Part shown: positions 15,101 to 30,100 of the stretch, piece by piece
Numbering within the stretch: the first letter of the stretch is position 1
Layout of the letters: each line of letters opens with the position of its first letter
Origin: Thalia democratica
Lineage: Eukaryota
Reading direction: 5' to 3'
DNA: 64,000 nt
NCBI GenBank assembly: GCA_965202585.1
Contig: OZ241828.1
Coordinates: 71,424,001-71,488,000 of the forward strand
Notes under the pieces: generated by a model
What the model was told of the DNA's origin: nothing
What the model saw: only the letters and a program-made list of their open reading frames with translations
Database searches by the model: none
Translations under genes and position numbers: made by a program

Positions 15101-18100
15101 TTTCAAATGTTCTTGTTATTGACTTTTATCTTGATGCTTAAAAGTTGTTTTGTTCATATGTTAATTAATTTTGTATCGAGCTTTGTAAACTTTGTATAGA
15201 CTGTAGATTTTAGATAGCCTATAAAGTTAAAAGCTAAATAAAATATTAAAGAAATTATTTCACTAGACTAAATTTTTATACTTTTTATGTTTTGTAAACT
15301 TTTATGGTTAAAGAAGGGAAAAATAAGGATACTTCGAATCATATCAATATATGATTTCAAAATGTGCTGTATTTATCAATATTTGAAATAAAACAAAAAT
15401 AAATTAATCAAACCTGTAAAACTCCTCCGTTTGTGAGGAGGATGTTTTCTGCGTGGAGCGAAACGTCATTTTCGTCATCGAATATCAATTTTCCTCCGTC
15501 AATAAGAAGCATCACTAAAACTTTTGTGTGAGCGTCTAGCAACACTGTTTTACCCTGGTTAGATAATTATACGTTAAAGAAATGATTGTGCAATTTATTT
15601 TTCTTATTATACATTTTAGTAAAAAAATACAAAACTAATTTTATAAGAAACATCTGATACGTTCGTTTAGCACTTCAATGTCCTTATTGAGATTTTAAAA
15701 GTTTTTATACGACTCTTGGTATAATACAGTGCTTCCTCAAAACTATTCTAAGCTTTATAAAAGTTTTGTTTTGTTTGTTTTTTGTCTGTTTTAGTTTTTA
15801 AGTTTCTAAGAAAAATAACATAAACCAAAAAATTAGTCTTCGTTTTTAATTGCATTGCATTACAAGAAAGAGGTTTAGTCTTTAAAGAAAAAACGATGTT
15901 TTGTTTCTGCCGGCTAAAAGCTAATCCGGTCATAATTACAAAAAATCTTGCCAAACATGGCCGGATAAAAGAGGATGCACTGTACTAATGTTTTTGTTTT
16001 TATACTTAAAGAGCTCTCAAATTATTTGTAATTAAAAAAAAAGCTTTTTAACATTTAAAAGACGTCATAATTGCCATACGGCTTGAAACTTAATATTGAT
16101 AAATTATGTTTATGTTTGTAAATTTTGAGATCGTATAGCAAATCAGATTCGGTTTTCTATTGAAAAATTTGATATATTTTTACAAAATATACTTTAAGTA
16201 AAGTTGAAAATTTAAGACAGCTTTTCTAACGTCTTTGTGCATTTAAAGTGACAAAATTGTTTTATAAAAATAAGTTTGTCTGGTGGATGCTCATATACAA
16301 CTGAAACAAACTTTAGGAAATAACAAAAACGTCTTTTGTGGTGGGCACGGGTAACTTGTATGTAAAAATATGTAAAAATAATAACCAACTTTAGGGATGA
16401 CAACAAAGTCTTTAGTTGTTGGAATGGGCTTTCCTCCCCACGTGAACGTTGATGACCACCTGTCAATGTAGTAGAAGTAGGCTGAATCCTGTCTCGCATT
16501 TCCCTTGTCTCCTAACTTCACTTCAACCTTTGTATGAAAGTTTGAACTTGATTGTAAGTGTACTTCTATTTAATTCTTAAAAGCCATAGTAGAGAAGAAA
16601 TACTATTCAATATAATATGTATATGCATGAAAATTTTTGACTTCAATAATCACTGTTCTTGAAAAATTGTTTAGAAAACTCTTTTTCTTAAAGCTGTAAA
16701 TTTTGTAAGTAAATTTGATTAAAAATAAATATTCTAAACTTGTTCGTTATATATCGTTAAGACTAAATTGTTTACTACTTACTTGAGTTTTAATTAATAC
16801 TATGTTTATTTGAATAATCCGTCTTTTGCATATTGTTTTTACAAAATCGATAAATTCAACTTGTTCGCTACTTACTTGAGTTTCAATGCTACCCTCCGGT
16901 CTAGCATCGGTTGTGCACTCGATTTCAGTTTCTGTGGGTGACTTGTTCAGTGGGCACCCGATTCCTCCGATGGTTACCACGATTTCATTCCCACCAAGAC
17001 TAAATTTAATTGAACATTTAAACTAGAACAGTTGCAGATTAAGTTGTTTTGTAAAACAAGAGGAAGTGTGTATACTAAAAGTTTCTGATGCGGTTTTTGC
17101 TCGTAGTTTATGAAATATAAAAGTGTATTAAAAGCAATAAATTAATTTAATAAAATGTTATTTGTTTTTATACCGTTAAAAAAATCTAAATGTAGATATT
17201 ATATGTTAAAAGTTTTATTAGCGTTCTTAAAACAATAATAACTTTTTTTTCAATAAAGAACCAATCTAAAATATAACCTTAGGAATTTCGTCCCTGTTAT
17301 TGTAATTTTGGTTCCACCTCCGGTGCCTCCCCTTCGAGGGGAAACCCCCGATATTACCGCCGTTTCCGCCAATGAATACTCGTAAGTGACGTCATCGTTT
17401 GACGAGGAATCCGGGTTCGTCACTATGACGTCAGCAACGACTGAAGCTGTAACATGTTTTTATGAAGGAAAAAAAAAACTTTTTAAAACTAATCTAAGTA
17501 AAACTTTAGCATTTTCCTCTATTTTAAGCTTTGTTAAAAACAAAGTATTTATTTTGATAATCAAGTAAAGTTTAGTAACAGTTTTTACGTAAAATTAACT
17601 TTTTGTTTACTAAAGTTTTACTATAAAACTTTTACCAGTGTTATTAATACCAAAGTAAGCTAGCTGAGGTGCCGAAAACAAGCCTTACCGCAAAAATTAA
17701 AATAAAAAACATAACTAATTTCTGAAATTAAAAGAGCACAAAACAAATCTTCTATCGGCGGCTCACCAGTAGAATCGTTACCGCTCATTGCCGGGGTCAA
17801 ACACTTGATGGCGCTGTTTGTTACTTCAGTAATTTCGCATGTCAGTCCGCCAATTGTAACTAAACTGTTGTTGGAAAACCCGTCACCGTCAACTAAAACA
17901 AGTTGCTTGCCTCCAAAACTTCCTGTGAAAACATTTCCACTTGAAAAACTTAAACAATCATTTTTTAACATACTAATGTTTTTTTTTAACAAGCCTGGGT
18001 AGCTTTGCCATTAACGCTCTTCAATTAAAAAAGGAAGTTGACTTATTATAACCAAATGTTAATGTTCAAAGTTATAAATGATAAATGTTCCAATTTACTA

Positions 18101-21100
18101 TGTTATCTTTGACCGGTTTGGTGTGAAAAGTTCTAACTTTGTCAAATAATTAACAAAATAATACGTACTTTAGCAAAACTGTTTTTCTTATTGCTTGCCA
18201 AGGTCAGATTTTTTCTCACCGACACCGGTCACAAATAAAATAGTAAATTAGCACATATATTAAATAGATAAGCTTATTACTCAGCAAGTTGAGCAATATT
18301 ATTGTCAACACAAACAATTTTGTCTAAAATCATAGTAAAGAAATCTAAGCAGAGTTATGAAAACGCTTATAACAATTAATGTGCATTTTAGCTCCTAAAA
18401 AATTAATTTTTTATCGAAACTTTTACATATAATTATTTTCCAAAACTCGATGGTTTTCGTAAACTTCTGATTGTAACTTTTTAGATATAAAAAAACAATT
18501 AAAACAAAGTTTTGAAGTTTAAACTTAAAAAAAACATTGGTTTAGAATAATTTAAACAACTTTAACCAGTGTTAGGCGTGATTGATTTTACTTTCAATGT
18601 GTAGTTGAAAGCTGCGTCAACTTTTGTATTTCCTTTTGACGGTATGTACATCTAAGAAAAATAATTCAAATGAAAACTAATCACTTGTATGAAATATAAA
18701 AACAGTACAAATTTATCATTAAACGTAATGTGCTAAAGTTAAAACGCAGGTCTATTAATATCATTCATAATCTTATATTTTAACCAATAAAGTTTAAAAA
18801 CAACTTTTCAGTCCAGTTTTAATCACGTTTTGTAGCTTGTTTATGTTATTATTTTTATTTTAATTTTATTAATACTTTTGTTCTTTACCTTCACATCAAG
18901 TTTCCCGCCCTCGTATTCCTTCAAAACGGCGGTGATCTGCGTGTCGGCGACAGTTTTTATTTCGGCGAAGGGAATTGCCTCCTTGTTCATGGACGACAGA
19001 ATTATGCCTGCTGTCGTGTTGCCGAAGTTCGTACCGTTGATTGTTATCGTGTCTCCCTCGCTACCTGCGTGTTTGTATTGTCACTAGATTGTAATAAGTT
19101 TTTATAGATGCAGTGTTTTACTTGGGCTTTCGTGTAAAACTAATTAAAAGTTATAGAATTTTGAAAGTAGTAATTATTTAATTGAAAACAAAAACAGTAC
19201 TTTTAACCTAAAATTTTTAACTTAAATTAATAAAGATTGATATGTATATTAAATTTAAGTTGTTAAATAAAATTATAAAAAAAAATACTTGTAAATGGTT
19301 TTTACTTATAGTGATGTTTCAAGTAGTTTATCAAATACATTAAATTTTACAAATGCACCACTACAACAAAAGTATTTTAAAAAGTAACATACATACACCA
19401 ATTCTTACAAAACTACTATTACAAATTGAAATGGCTTTAAAATAGTTTATTAAAATTTATTTATTAAGTTTCATCGTACCTGACGACGGTTGTATGCTGG
19501 TTATGGTCGGAGTGACGTCATCGGAGTAAGTGAACCTCGGGTTCTCGTTGTACCTGATCCTGTTCGAGAAAATCTGCACGTTGCCGCCCACCTGTTTGGG
19601 GGACTTCCCCGTCGTGCAAACGATGGTGTCAAGGTCGACTGATTTTACCAGGCAGTCGATCCACGTGATCTTCACCCACATCCTATCGTCCCAAACGAAC
19701 CCGTTTCCTGTGTTGAAATAATATGAACTTTACATTTTTACAAAAATTGAATATATCTGCGTAGAATTGAATGATTTTAACACTTATTTGTTGATACAAT
19801 ATCATTTTTTTGTATTGAAATGTGTTAATATTGGTATGTCGATTGACTAAGATAAAAGGACTTTGCGACTCGTTCGTTGATATAAAACTTTCAGTATTAG
19901 TTTTAAACTAGTTGTCGCTCATTTTTTGGATTAAGCAAGTGTTTTTGAACAACATTACGTGAGCTTGTTAGTTATACGTACTGTATTAATAATTGTATAG
20001 CGTGTAAAAACGAAAATTCTTTTTTAAAAATACCATAAAAATAAAAATAATTTAAACGTTTAAAAAATACTTTTAAGTCGGTGTTTAAAAATCAACTGTA
20101 CTACGACAATATTTATTAAGTGTTTGTTAGTTTGAAATCTTATGTGGTAACTATATTTAGTTGTTCAACCAACCTTTTATTGTAATTTCAGTACCACCTT
20201 CTACGCTTCCTGTGTCCGGTGTTACCGAAAATATTTCACTCCTGCTCACGACTTTCTGACTCAATCCGTCGTCAAACTTCGCTAGACCTGAAAATCACTG
20301 AATTTTAAAAAAATTCTTTAAACAAACTTTTGTACAACCAACAGCATATGTTATAAAAAAACACTTGATGCATTAAATATTTTTAATTCAGAATAAATTT
20401 TAATTTCACTTTAAAACACCCCAACACTATATATATATATATTTAATTAATTAAAATTAAGGATATTTTTTTACCACAAGTTACCTTTTCCTATGATGTG
20501 AACTTTCAAGTCATGTGATCCCACCGGCAATAATGAGTTCAAAACACAAGTAAACTGTTCATCATTTTTTTCCATTGAAGCAGGTATGCATTCGTGACTT
20601 TCACCAATGTGCAGCTTTATACTTGCAGAATTGTTGCCGAAACCTGTCGAAAAAAAAAATTAACTATTTTATTTTTATGGCTTTTTAATATTTTTAGGTG
20701 TAGATAATAAAATAAAAAGGAGTGTTAAGGACCCTTACTATAGAAATTTCAAATATCTTGTATTAAAATATTCATTATTTTTAAACGTTTTCTTATACTA
20801 CCTACCACAAAGCTGTCATTTAGACTAATTAAAAAATTGTAAAAAGTTATAAATGTATATATTGTGCAATTTTTCCTATTTAGTTATCAGGTGGCCGTAA
20901 ATAAAATCACAACACTATGTTTTAAGTACAAATCTATATTTACGTTTGAAAACCAACTCACAGAATTTGTACAAAATAAAAACCTACGGAACTGCTAGGG
21001 ATTAGTTTTATACACTAGGAGAAAATATTAAAAAAACACTGAAGAACTTAATTTTGTTTCATACCTTGACCAGTGATGTTTATGGTGTATGAGACGAAAT

Positions 21101-24100
21101 CATCTGTGACAGTTACGTTTGTAACTTTTGGCGTGTGTGCATCTGAATATTCGAATGCGTTAGATAGGTTTACTTGAACTCCCCTGTATGATGAAAGTAA
21201 ATTAGAAGAACAGTTGACTTGTTGGAAAATTTTTTGTTAATGACCTTTTTAAGTTAATAACATTAAATTTTTTTTTTTAGATTAGAAGTATTTAGTCCAA
21301 AAAAGTATGTTGCTTTAAATACAAATAAATCATACAAAACATAGACCAACTATTTATAGTTAAGCTTTAACGTTGTATAAATTTTTTCAAAAAAATTAAC
21401 AAATTTAAGCAAAACATTACCAAACATGGCATAAGGATAAATTAATTAGTTAAAAAAATTCAGACATCAACTTAAAAAATACTTATTTTAAGTTTTTTTA
21501 AAGGTGTAATGCTAAAGTTGATAAATGAGTTAGATAATTATTGAAAACAACTAGGGTAGTTGATATTTTTATTGCTAGTTTTTCTCACCTCTCAACCACA
21601 AACACATCGAAAGTTTTATCTCCTTTGAACTCTGGTGCCTCGCACTTAATTGTTTTGTACGAAACTTCTTTCACTTCACATTCCAACAAGGATCCGATCA
21701 ACACCTGACTTCTTCTACTGAATCCTGAACCCTAATGTTTGTTGTTTTGACATTTAAAAGTAAGTGTGCTCACTGTAAAATGAGAAACATGGCACACATT
21801 ATAACTGTTGTAATTTTTTACTTGACATCACAACAAAAAAGAAAAACTTTGCAATAAAGTTTCAGTTTTTTTATGCGAACTTTGACTTGATAGATAATTG
21901 AACAAATAATTCACAACTATATCTAGAAATGCTTGTTGTTAGTTTTAAGACCACTATACTTTAAATGTTTTCTGCAGAAACAAAAAGCCACAAGTTTGTA
22001 TTATTAAAGTTGTTTCAAAAAAATATTGTGACTTCACAAACCTGTATCGTCAAAATGGCGCCACCCAGCTGCGACCCCTGCTGGGGAGAAACTGTATCAA
22101 CTGTCGGGTGAATGACGACGCTCCTGCCCTCCAGTGACCGAACTTTTATTAGGGCATTCCCCTGATGTGATTCCACTGCCACCCCGTGACGGCCTGTGGG
22201 AAGTCATAACACGAATAAAGTAATATTGTGACGTAATAAAGAGATTTCCATCAGTCAAGTAAATGAGCTTGCATTTTATATTAGTGTTTGTTTGTTGTTA
22301 AAGTGTTTCTAAAAATAAGGATTGTTTATCGTTCAAGCAAAAAACCTATCCGTTGAGTTAGTCGACGTCATAATAGAGCAGTGTTTAGTTTTTGATTAAT
22401 TTTCAAAGAACTTACAAAAAATAGTTTATTTAATTATTGTTGGTGCCTTATTAGTCCTTGTTATAGACTTTCCTAAACTTTTAATTTATAACAATTAAAA
22501 AAACAAGCTTATTTCATTTATCTGTTTTTTAAGTTAAATTAACACCCTTTCCTCCAAGCTTTTTATTGCAGCTTGAAAAAATTAGGTAAATTTATTGCTA
22601 GAAAAAGTTAACTTTTCATAACAATTAAAGTTGTGACTATAAAATATGTCTTTAAATGATCGCTATTTTAAAATTTAAACTTATAGTTGTTTTAAACAAT
22701 GCTTACAGCTTAAGAAAAAAATTATAGAACAGCAGTATTGCATTAACTTTCAAAAAAATCCTGAATTAAGTGTTAGCCTGTAGTTCTATAGACAATAAAA
22801 ATTCATTGAAATAAAAAAAAATTCTTAATCAAAATTATTCAGCAAGCATAAGTTATTTAATTTTAACCAACCAACAGCCAGTTCACTAGTAGAATTAACT
22901 TTGCAAGTCAAATTGTTGGCGCTTCCTGATTGGACGTGACATTCAACATCTCCAATCTTCACTTTTCCGTTTGGGTCCAGGTTTTCACCTTAAAATAATA
23001 AGTTTGTGTTGTTTTATGAGTTGTATTCAGAGCTAACTTAAATGTAAAACATACGGTTCAAACTAAAGAATAGTAATGATATCTAGATTTTTTGTTCAGT
23101 CTTATTAGATGATTTAAACTTTAAAAATGTTTTTTTGATATAGTTATCCATAAAATTTGCTATAAAATTAAAACTTGTGCTTTGAAAACACTAAATCTTT
23201 CTTTTTTCGAAACCTATTAACAGTTTAAAAAAAGTTTCAAATGCCTATTGAAGTTACCATATTGATAAGATGTTTTAGTAAAGGATATTTTCATAGTTTT
23301 TTAAATTTTTTCTAAAAACTTAATACTCTTTGAAGTAAACAAAACGAAAGACTGTAACTATAAATTTTAGTCATCAACTGTTAAGATTTTAGGTAACTAC
23401 GAAAAATAATTGCTATTTTTTTCTTTTGTTCGTCAATTTAAAAACTTTTACATTAATTTTACTTTGAGTATAAGTTTTTATACAAAATCGTTGTATTTAA
23501 ATTTACACTGTATACATAAATGACTACAGTTTTAGAGCATAGCACAAAATTATTAATAAAAATTCGTTATTATGACTATGATATAAAATGTTTTCCACCT
23601 TTTAATGTGAATACAGTGCCAATATCTGCAACTAATGGAGATATTGAAGTTATAATTCCAGTTTTTTTCATGCTAGACACCACTTGAAGACTAGTCTGTA
23701 TTTAAAAAAGAAATATTTGTGCCAATAAATTAAAAACTAAATAATTATTAATAAGATTATGAATAACATGTTTAACGTACAGTGTTTTAGGGTGTTTGGT
23801 ATCGAAACAGCTTAATTTTTTAACTAGGTTTTATTATTTGTTTTATAAAAAAACAATAACATTTGAGTTAAATTTTTGTTTAAATCTCTAACTTCCTGTT
23901 TTTCACTTCTGAAATTGCTTATCTACTAGTAATTTTAGCTCCATCAAAAATGTTTTACTGCACACATCAGAAGCCTCAATTTTTATAGCTTCAAATGTTT
24001 AGTTTTATCAATTTAATGTCCTCAAAAAAGAAAAACTTTAACATATTTTTATCATAAAACCGAGTCTTTGTATTTTTCGTGTCCGTTTCAAAGTTAAGTT

Positions 24101-27100
24101 ACAAACAATTAAAAATCAAAAAATTGTAGACATATTAAAATTAATATTAATAATATTCACTTGTAACGATAAAAATGTTTCTGAATTACTTTCGACAAAT
24201 ACTCTTTAAGAAAAAAATCTATATGATAAATTAAACAATAAATGTAAATTAAGTTTAAGTTGTTTTTGACAATTACTCTCGTCTAAAATAACAATAAGAC
24301 AAATTACCAAGTTTCCCAATTTCTCAGCTTCGGGGTTTACCCTCACTGTGACGTCATGGGTGATTGGTTCGCGCTCGGTGACGACGATCCTTCCCGCCAT
24401 TTCGCTCCAGTTCCATATGAGGGACTTGAAGTGGATGGTGCCAACCTCAGTCACTCTGTACTTGAACGAACCTGGTGGGTGAGTACTTATGACGTCATAT
24501 TGCTTACGCGTGCGAGTTTATCACTCTGATAAATGCTTTTTGAAGTTTTCATTGCATGTTTCACAAAAAAATAAAAATTGACTCTTTTTAAGTTGAACTT
24601 TAGAATAATTTCTCAAACGTTGCCTACAGTTTTTATAGATACAGCAATGTGTACACACATAATATTTTTTTTTGAAAGCAAATTAGCTTTAAAACCAATT
24701 CAAAGAAAATCCAACAAATAAAAGTTTAAGTGTTTTTAAGAATTCATTTATTAGGTATCGTCTAAACACTTAACACAACTGAACAAATTTATTTTAGAAA
24801 CTCCAAAAAATTTATGCACTCTAAAAACCTTTCTTGGTGGGTTCCACGTTGAACCCGTCCCCGTCGTACTCCTGGGAAACGGGGTCGGAGGTGGTGAAGG
24901 GGCCGATTACGACGTACTGGATGCCTTCGGGCAGCTCCCAAAAAAACTCGATCTCGTCGCCCACCTGGGCGTGGGTCACCCGCGGGTTCCACGCGAACCC
25001 GGTGCCGTAACCTGCGGAAATAAAAAAGTTTTGATGAAATCAGGTTGAAAGTATGACTTTTAAATGAGAAATGGGCAGTTGTTTGAAGCTTGTTGCAAAA
25101 ACCTACTGCTAATTTCTTAAACTGGAAAAAACAAAATTTTGATTTGAATAAAGTACTAGTTTTTGATTTGAGTTTAATTTTACTTGTTGTAACCACAAGT
25201 AGGTTTGATTAAACAAAATGTAAATTAAGTTGGCAGAAATATACTAGGTATATTACTTGATTAATGGAAGAATATTTTTTGAAAAAATAGTTTTTAATAC
25301 AAACAAACTCTTGCTTCAAGCTTTACTACTCTCTTCACAGCTTTTAAACAACACAAATATACAAAGCGTATTACATTCTACTAAGATCTTATTATGACGT
25401 AACAACCAACTTTTGTGGGATCCCTGGTTATCAACCCTGTGGGTCATGGTGGCCGGGGTGGTACGGCATTTCGCTTCGGTTCCATTGGCAATGTAAACTT
25501 CACAGGGTGATTCCCCAACTGTCACCTTTATGTCGTCATAGAGACCCTCCCCATTGATCTTCAGGTTCACTCCTCCCATGATCGACTCCTTCCGCGGCCC
25601 CACCAAATTTATATTGAACGGGTACTCGATGAGGTCCCTGAAAAAAAAAAGTTTTTGTTTTTATTTCTTAATAACTTTTTACAATTTTTAAAGAAAATAA
25701 GTTTATTTTGTTAGTATTCTATTTCAATAAGAAATACTATTATAACTGAAGGTATATAATAAATTGAAGCCCTGTTTTGTAACGGATTTCTAAAAATAAA
25801 ACATTTGTTTCACATTACTCACGTAGCAACCAAGGGGCAACTGTCGCCGTCTACGTTGACGACGAGCCGGTGGTTGCCAGGCAACAGCTTCGGAGTAATC
25901 AAAACGATTTCACTATCATTCCAGCTGGTGATGGTTGCCATGGCGCCACCTACAGTGACCGTCCCGTTCGCACCCAGGTTTTTACCGGATATTGTTATCG
26001 TGGTACCTGAACAAAAGTTATTAAAATAAACCTAAACTTTGTTGACCCTAGTGTAGTATTAATTCTTTAAGCAGCTAGAGTTTAATTACAAGTTGTTGTT
26101 AACTTGAATATGAGGTTAAAACACACTTCTGTGCCATCAAAAATTTTATTTTAAGTATGAGTCAATAATAACAACATAGTTGATCATTTTTTAATACTTT
26201 TTTTATATTGTAACTTAGCCATCACAAACTATATTTATGTATACACAGTGTTTTCTACATAGTGATAGTGGTTGTACGTTTTAAACAAATAATTTCAAAT
26301 CGAAACGCAAACCTCCGATTCTGTCGGACTTGAGAGGCGCCACGGCGGTAACTACCGCTTGAGAACTGCTGAACTTGTTAACATCCACCGATGACTTCTG
26401 CAAGTAAGTTTCGCCGCCCGACATTATTTTCACATCCGTTCCGTTCAACAAGCTGCTGACGTCACCGATTATGACGCACAATACTTCCGTGTAGCTTTTC
26501 GTTGTGACGTCACACGCTGATGAGTCGCCCACTTGCACCGTTAGATCGCCTTCGGGCGGAACAAGACCTAAAACAAACGTTTGTGACGTAATAAGAAAAG
26601 TTATGACAAAACTATTGCTACTGCAAAAGTATTGATACGTATCTGAGTACAACCATCAACTTCATTAATAATTTAGTTGATGCGTTTTATTTATGCGACA
26701 AAAATATTTACATAAAGTTATGCCAAAGTTGAAGCAATTATATTTTTGTTATATTGTTCAAAAATATTTTCAAACAAATAAATATTGTAAGCAAACCTGT
26801 GCCGGTGATTTTAAGAGAAGTTTTACAACCATCGCCGGTATCTATCGACTCAACAGTGTCTATTCCTCCAACCACTTTTATTTTGTCGGTGTCGTTTGCA
26901 AAAGCTGCTTTTCCTAAGTTTTGAAGTAATTTTTTTTACAACAATTTATTCTTAGTTTTAGGTCAAACAAATTGAATGTTTTTATTATTCCTGTATTTTC
27001 TTAAAATCAGCTGTTTCAGAAACGTGTTTACATAAAAAAGTTTTTAAATCTTATAAGTATATGATTTTAACATGAAAAAGTAGAAAAAAAGTTCAAGCTG

Positions 27101-30100
27101 TTAAACAATACTATTTACAAAACTTTTTCAATTATTTCGTTTATCAAACATATGCAAAAAGCAAATCAAAAACTAAAGTTTTTTTAAACAGTTTTTCTTC
27201 GATTTTAACTTTTGATGACACGCACCAGAAGTTTTTATGTAGCTGTAAATTTTTTATTAGTTAAATTACCTTTTCCTGGAACGAGAAGAACGATTTGCTG
27301 ATCATCACCTAGCGGACATTCTTTCACGTAGAAAGAAATAGAAGTTTTGTTTCCACTGTTGCTAATCGATTTAAACTGCAGCTCCACTCCGCCGATCGTG
27401 GCAACCTCTTCGTTACTCTGACCAATCCCAGTGCCTAGATTTTTTTTTTTTTTGTTTTTTAATTTAATTATGGTATATATAATTATATAATTATAATATA
27501 ACATAAAATATTATATACTTATTTAATTGTATATAATTTTGAGGAAAAAAAGCTTTTATAGGTAAACTTTTTATTTCTTGTTAGTTTATTGATGAATATG
27601 TAACAATAATTTTGACTTTAAGGCTATGAATGGAGTAAAGTAAAATTAGTTCAAGCAGTTGATGATATTTTTACATTCACTCAACACTTTGCAGTTAAAC
27701 TTATAGTTTTAATGATATGAAATTAAATTTTTTTGTGTTTGCTTTTTTAACAAATTATAATTTTTTCTATTTCTGCTCCTCCCAAAAGGATCAAGCTTTA
27801 CAAACTACAAAACGAGATTTAAAAGTATTTTCAACCGCTCCGTCTTCAAACTACCTGTCAATTCAACTTCGTCGCCCATCCTAACCTCCCCTGGTGTGCC
27901 GCCTGAAACTTGAACACTTTCAACGTGGGGGGTTTCCGCAGCCAGCCAATCGAAATCGCAGGAGGTAGCGTCGTTTTCGTCATGGTCGGCCGAACACGTG
28001 GACGGTACGTTGTTTATGTAGACTTGCACCTGTGGACCGGATACTCTTGTTGTTTATTTGTTTTGTTTTTGACACATGAACTGACTTTTTACGACTTAAA
28101 TTAAAAAAAAACAATTTGATTGAAATAAACTGCAAACACTTTAAAAAATTATTTTACAAAAATTCAAATTTTCAAAGCAATGTTTAGTTGAAGCACTTAA
28201 CGGTAGACATTATTCAAAATAAAAAATTACACATATGCTAAAAAAAAACAAAACTGTTTAAGCTGCAAAGACCTTACAAAAAAATTTCTCGAAAATTTTC
28301 AAAATCTTTCGAACCTGCGGTTTGTCGTGCGCGGTCCTGAGGAAGTCCCCGCCGATGGGGGCGAGCCTCAGGTATCCCCTCTGATGCTTGTAAGTCGAGT
28401 ATCCCACGTCCACCCCCGTCAACTTGCTCCCGTTGATCTTCAAGTTTTCCTTCCACCCTCCCGGACTGACTATCTGCATCATGTAGTTGTACCTGCGCAG
28501 TTTGTTTGAGACTTTGATTTTAAGAATGAGTTTTATTTAAATAAGGTAGCGTATTATTTCTTTTACACTACTACTTGTTTTTTAAACACCATCAAATTAA
28601 TTAAACCATTGTTTCTTTTTTAGGTACGTTAGCCTATATACCTCAGCTCATCTTATATTACTAAACCAAAAAAACAACAAAAAAAAACTTAATATAAAAC
28701 ATAAAAAATTTACTTACAGTTACAAATATAATAAACTTTAATTACTCTCGTCTTCTTATTTAAAATGAATTTTACTTGATAGTCCGTTTACTACATTTAT
28801 TTTTTCTTAACAATCAAGTTACGAATAGAATTTCAAAAATCTTAACAAAACGGTTAACAAAACAATTTTTAGGTCAAGCACAATTTTTTAACAAAGTGAA
28901 GAGCTTTGTGTAAATAAAACTGTTTTATCAAGTTTCTCAACCAACCCGGTACATGTACCCCACCTCCAAGCTTCAACCTTGTTTATTCCGTCCACGTCGT
29001 AAAACAGCGTTTGAAAATCCCCGCCACTTATGTTGGCGGGAATGTCGAGGATGGGCCCAAACTGGTCGTTTTCGAAACTGAGATCGAACGTGCCGCCGAC
29101 CGGAGGGCTGGCAGTCGATGTGCGGGTCACGGTGACCTGGGTTTGTTTATTTAAATTAATATTAAAATATTATATTTTTGGTTAAAGATCTCTTAGTATA
29201 AAATAAAGTCGGTTAGTCTTTTTTCAAGCACTTTAGTTTAAATACAAGCACGTAATTGTGTCTTTTAAAGAAATTATTTGTGTTAATGTTTTAAATACAT
29301 TATAGCTAACTTTTAGCTTTTCACTCAGCTTATTTGTAAATTATACTGCTGTTAAACACTAGAAAATCTTGTATTTAGTATTTCACTAAAATCAACTTAC
29401 TTATTCTTAAGTTTAAGTATTATACTTCTAAAAACTTTATAAAAGCTACCTTGGATGTTTTTTAAAAACTGCAAGTAAACTGCTCATAAAACTTTGAAAG
29501 CTGTATAAACTTTGAGCAAAACTACTGGAACATTTTTTTTACAGCAAACAAATCCTTTATAAAAAAATATGCAGTTTAAATAAGTGTAGCATTAGATTTT
29601 ATATTACTTTGTTTTTACTCCTCGTGTCTCCATACTGCAGTTTTGATCCTGTTTCGTTTTTATTTCCGAGGAAAGCCAGTTCTAAACAAAATATTGCTTA
29701 CTTTTAGCTTTGTATGTACGAACTTTTACTTTTCCTTAAATCATTTGATTTCATAGGCGCGAAACTCTATAGAAACAATTAAAGCGTGTAACTTGCAATC
29801 TGCGTACAAATATCAAGCAGTTGTTTCAAACTTTTGCAAAACTAAATCCAATGCGTTTTCAGTTAAAAAAGTTTCGTTTGTTTATGAAAGTATGATCGCG
29901 TTTGAAGCTCACCAAGCAACGGGTAGTCGTGACCGCAGTCGTGACTTTTCATCGTGATTCCGAAGAAGTTTTCCACCGTGCTGTTCACCACAACTTCCTT
30001 CAATTTTATGTGGGGCACCGCCGGGGGCGCTCTTTCTTTCAAAAGCCCTTAATATTAAACTCATTTAATGATTAATTTTTTTTTCTAGTATATAAGCTGT

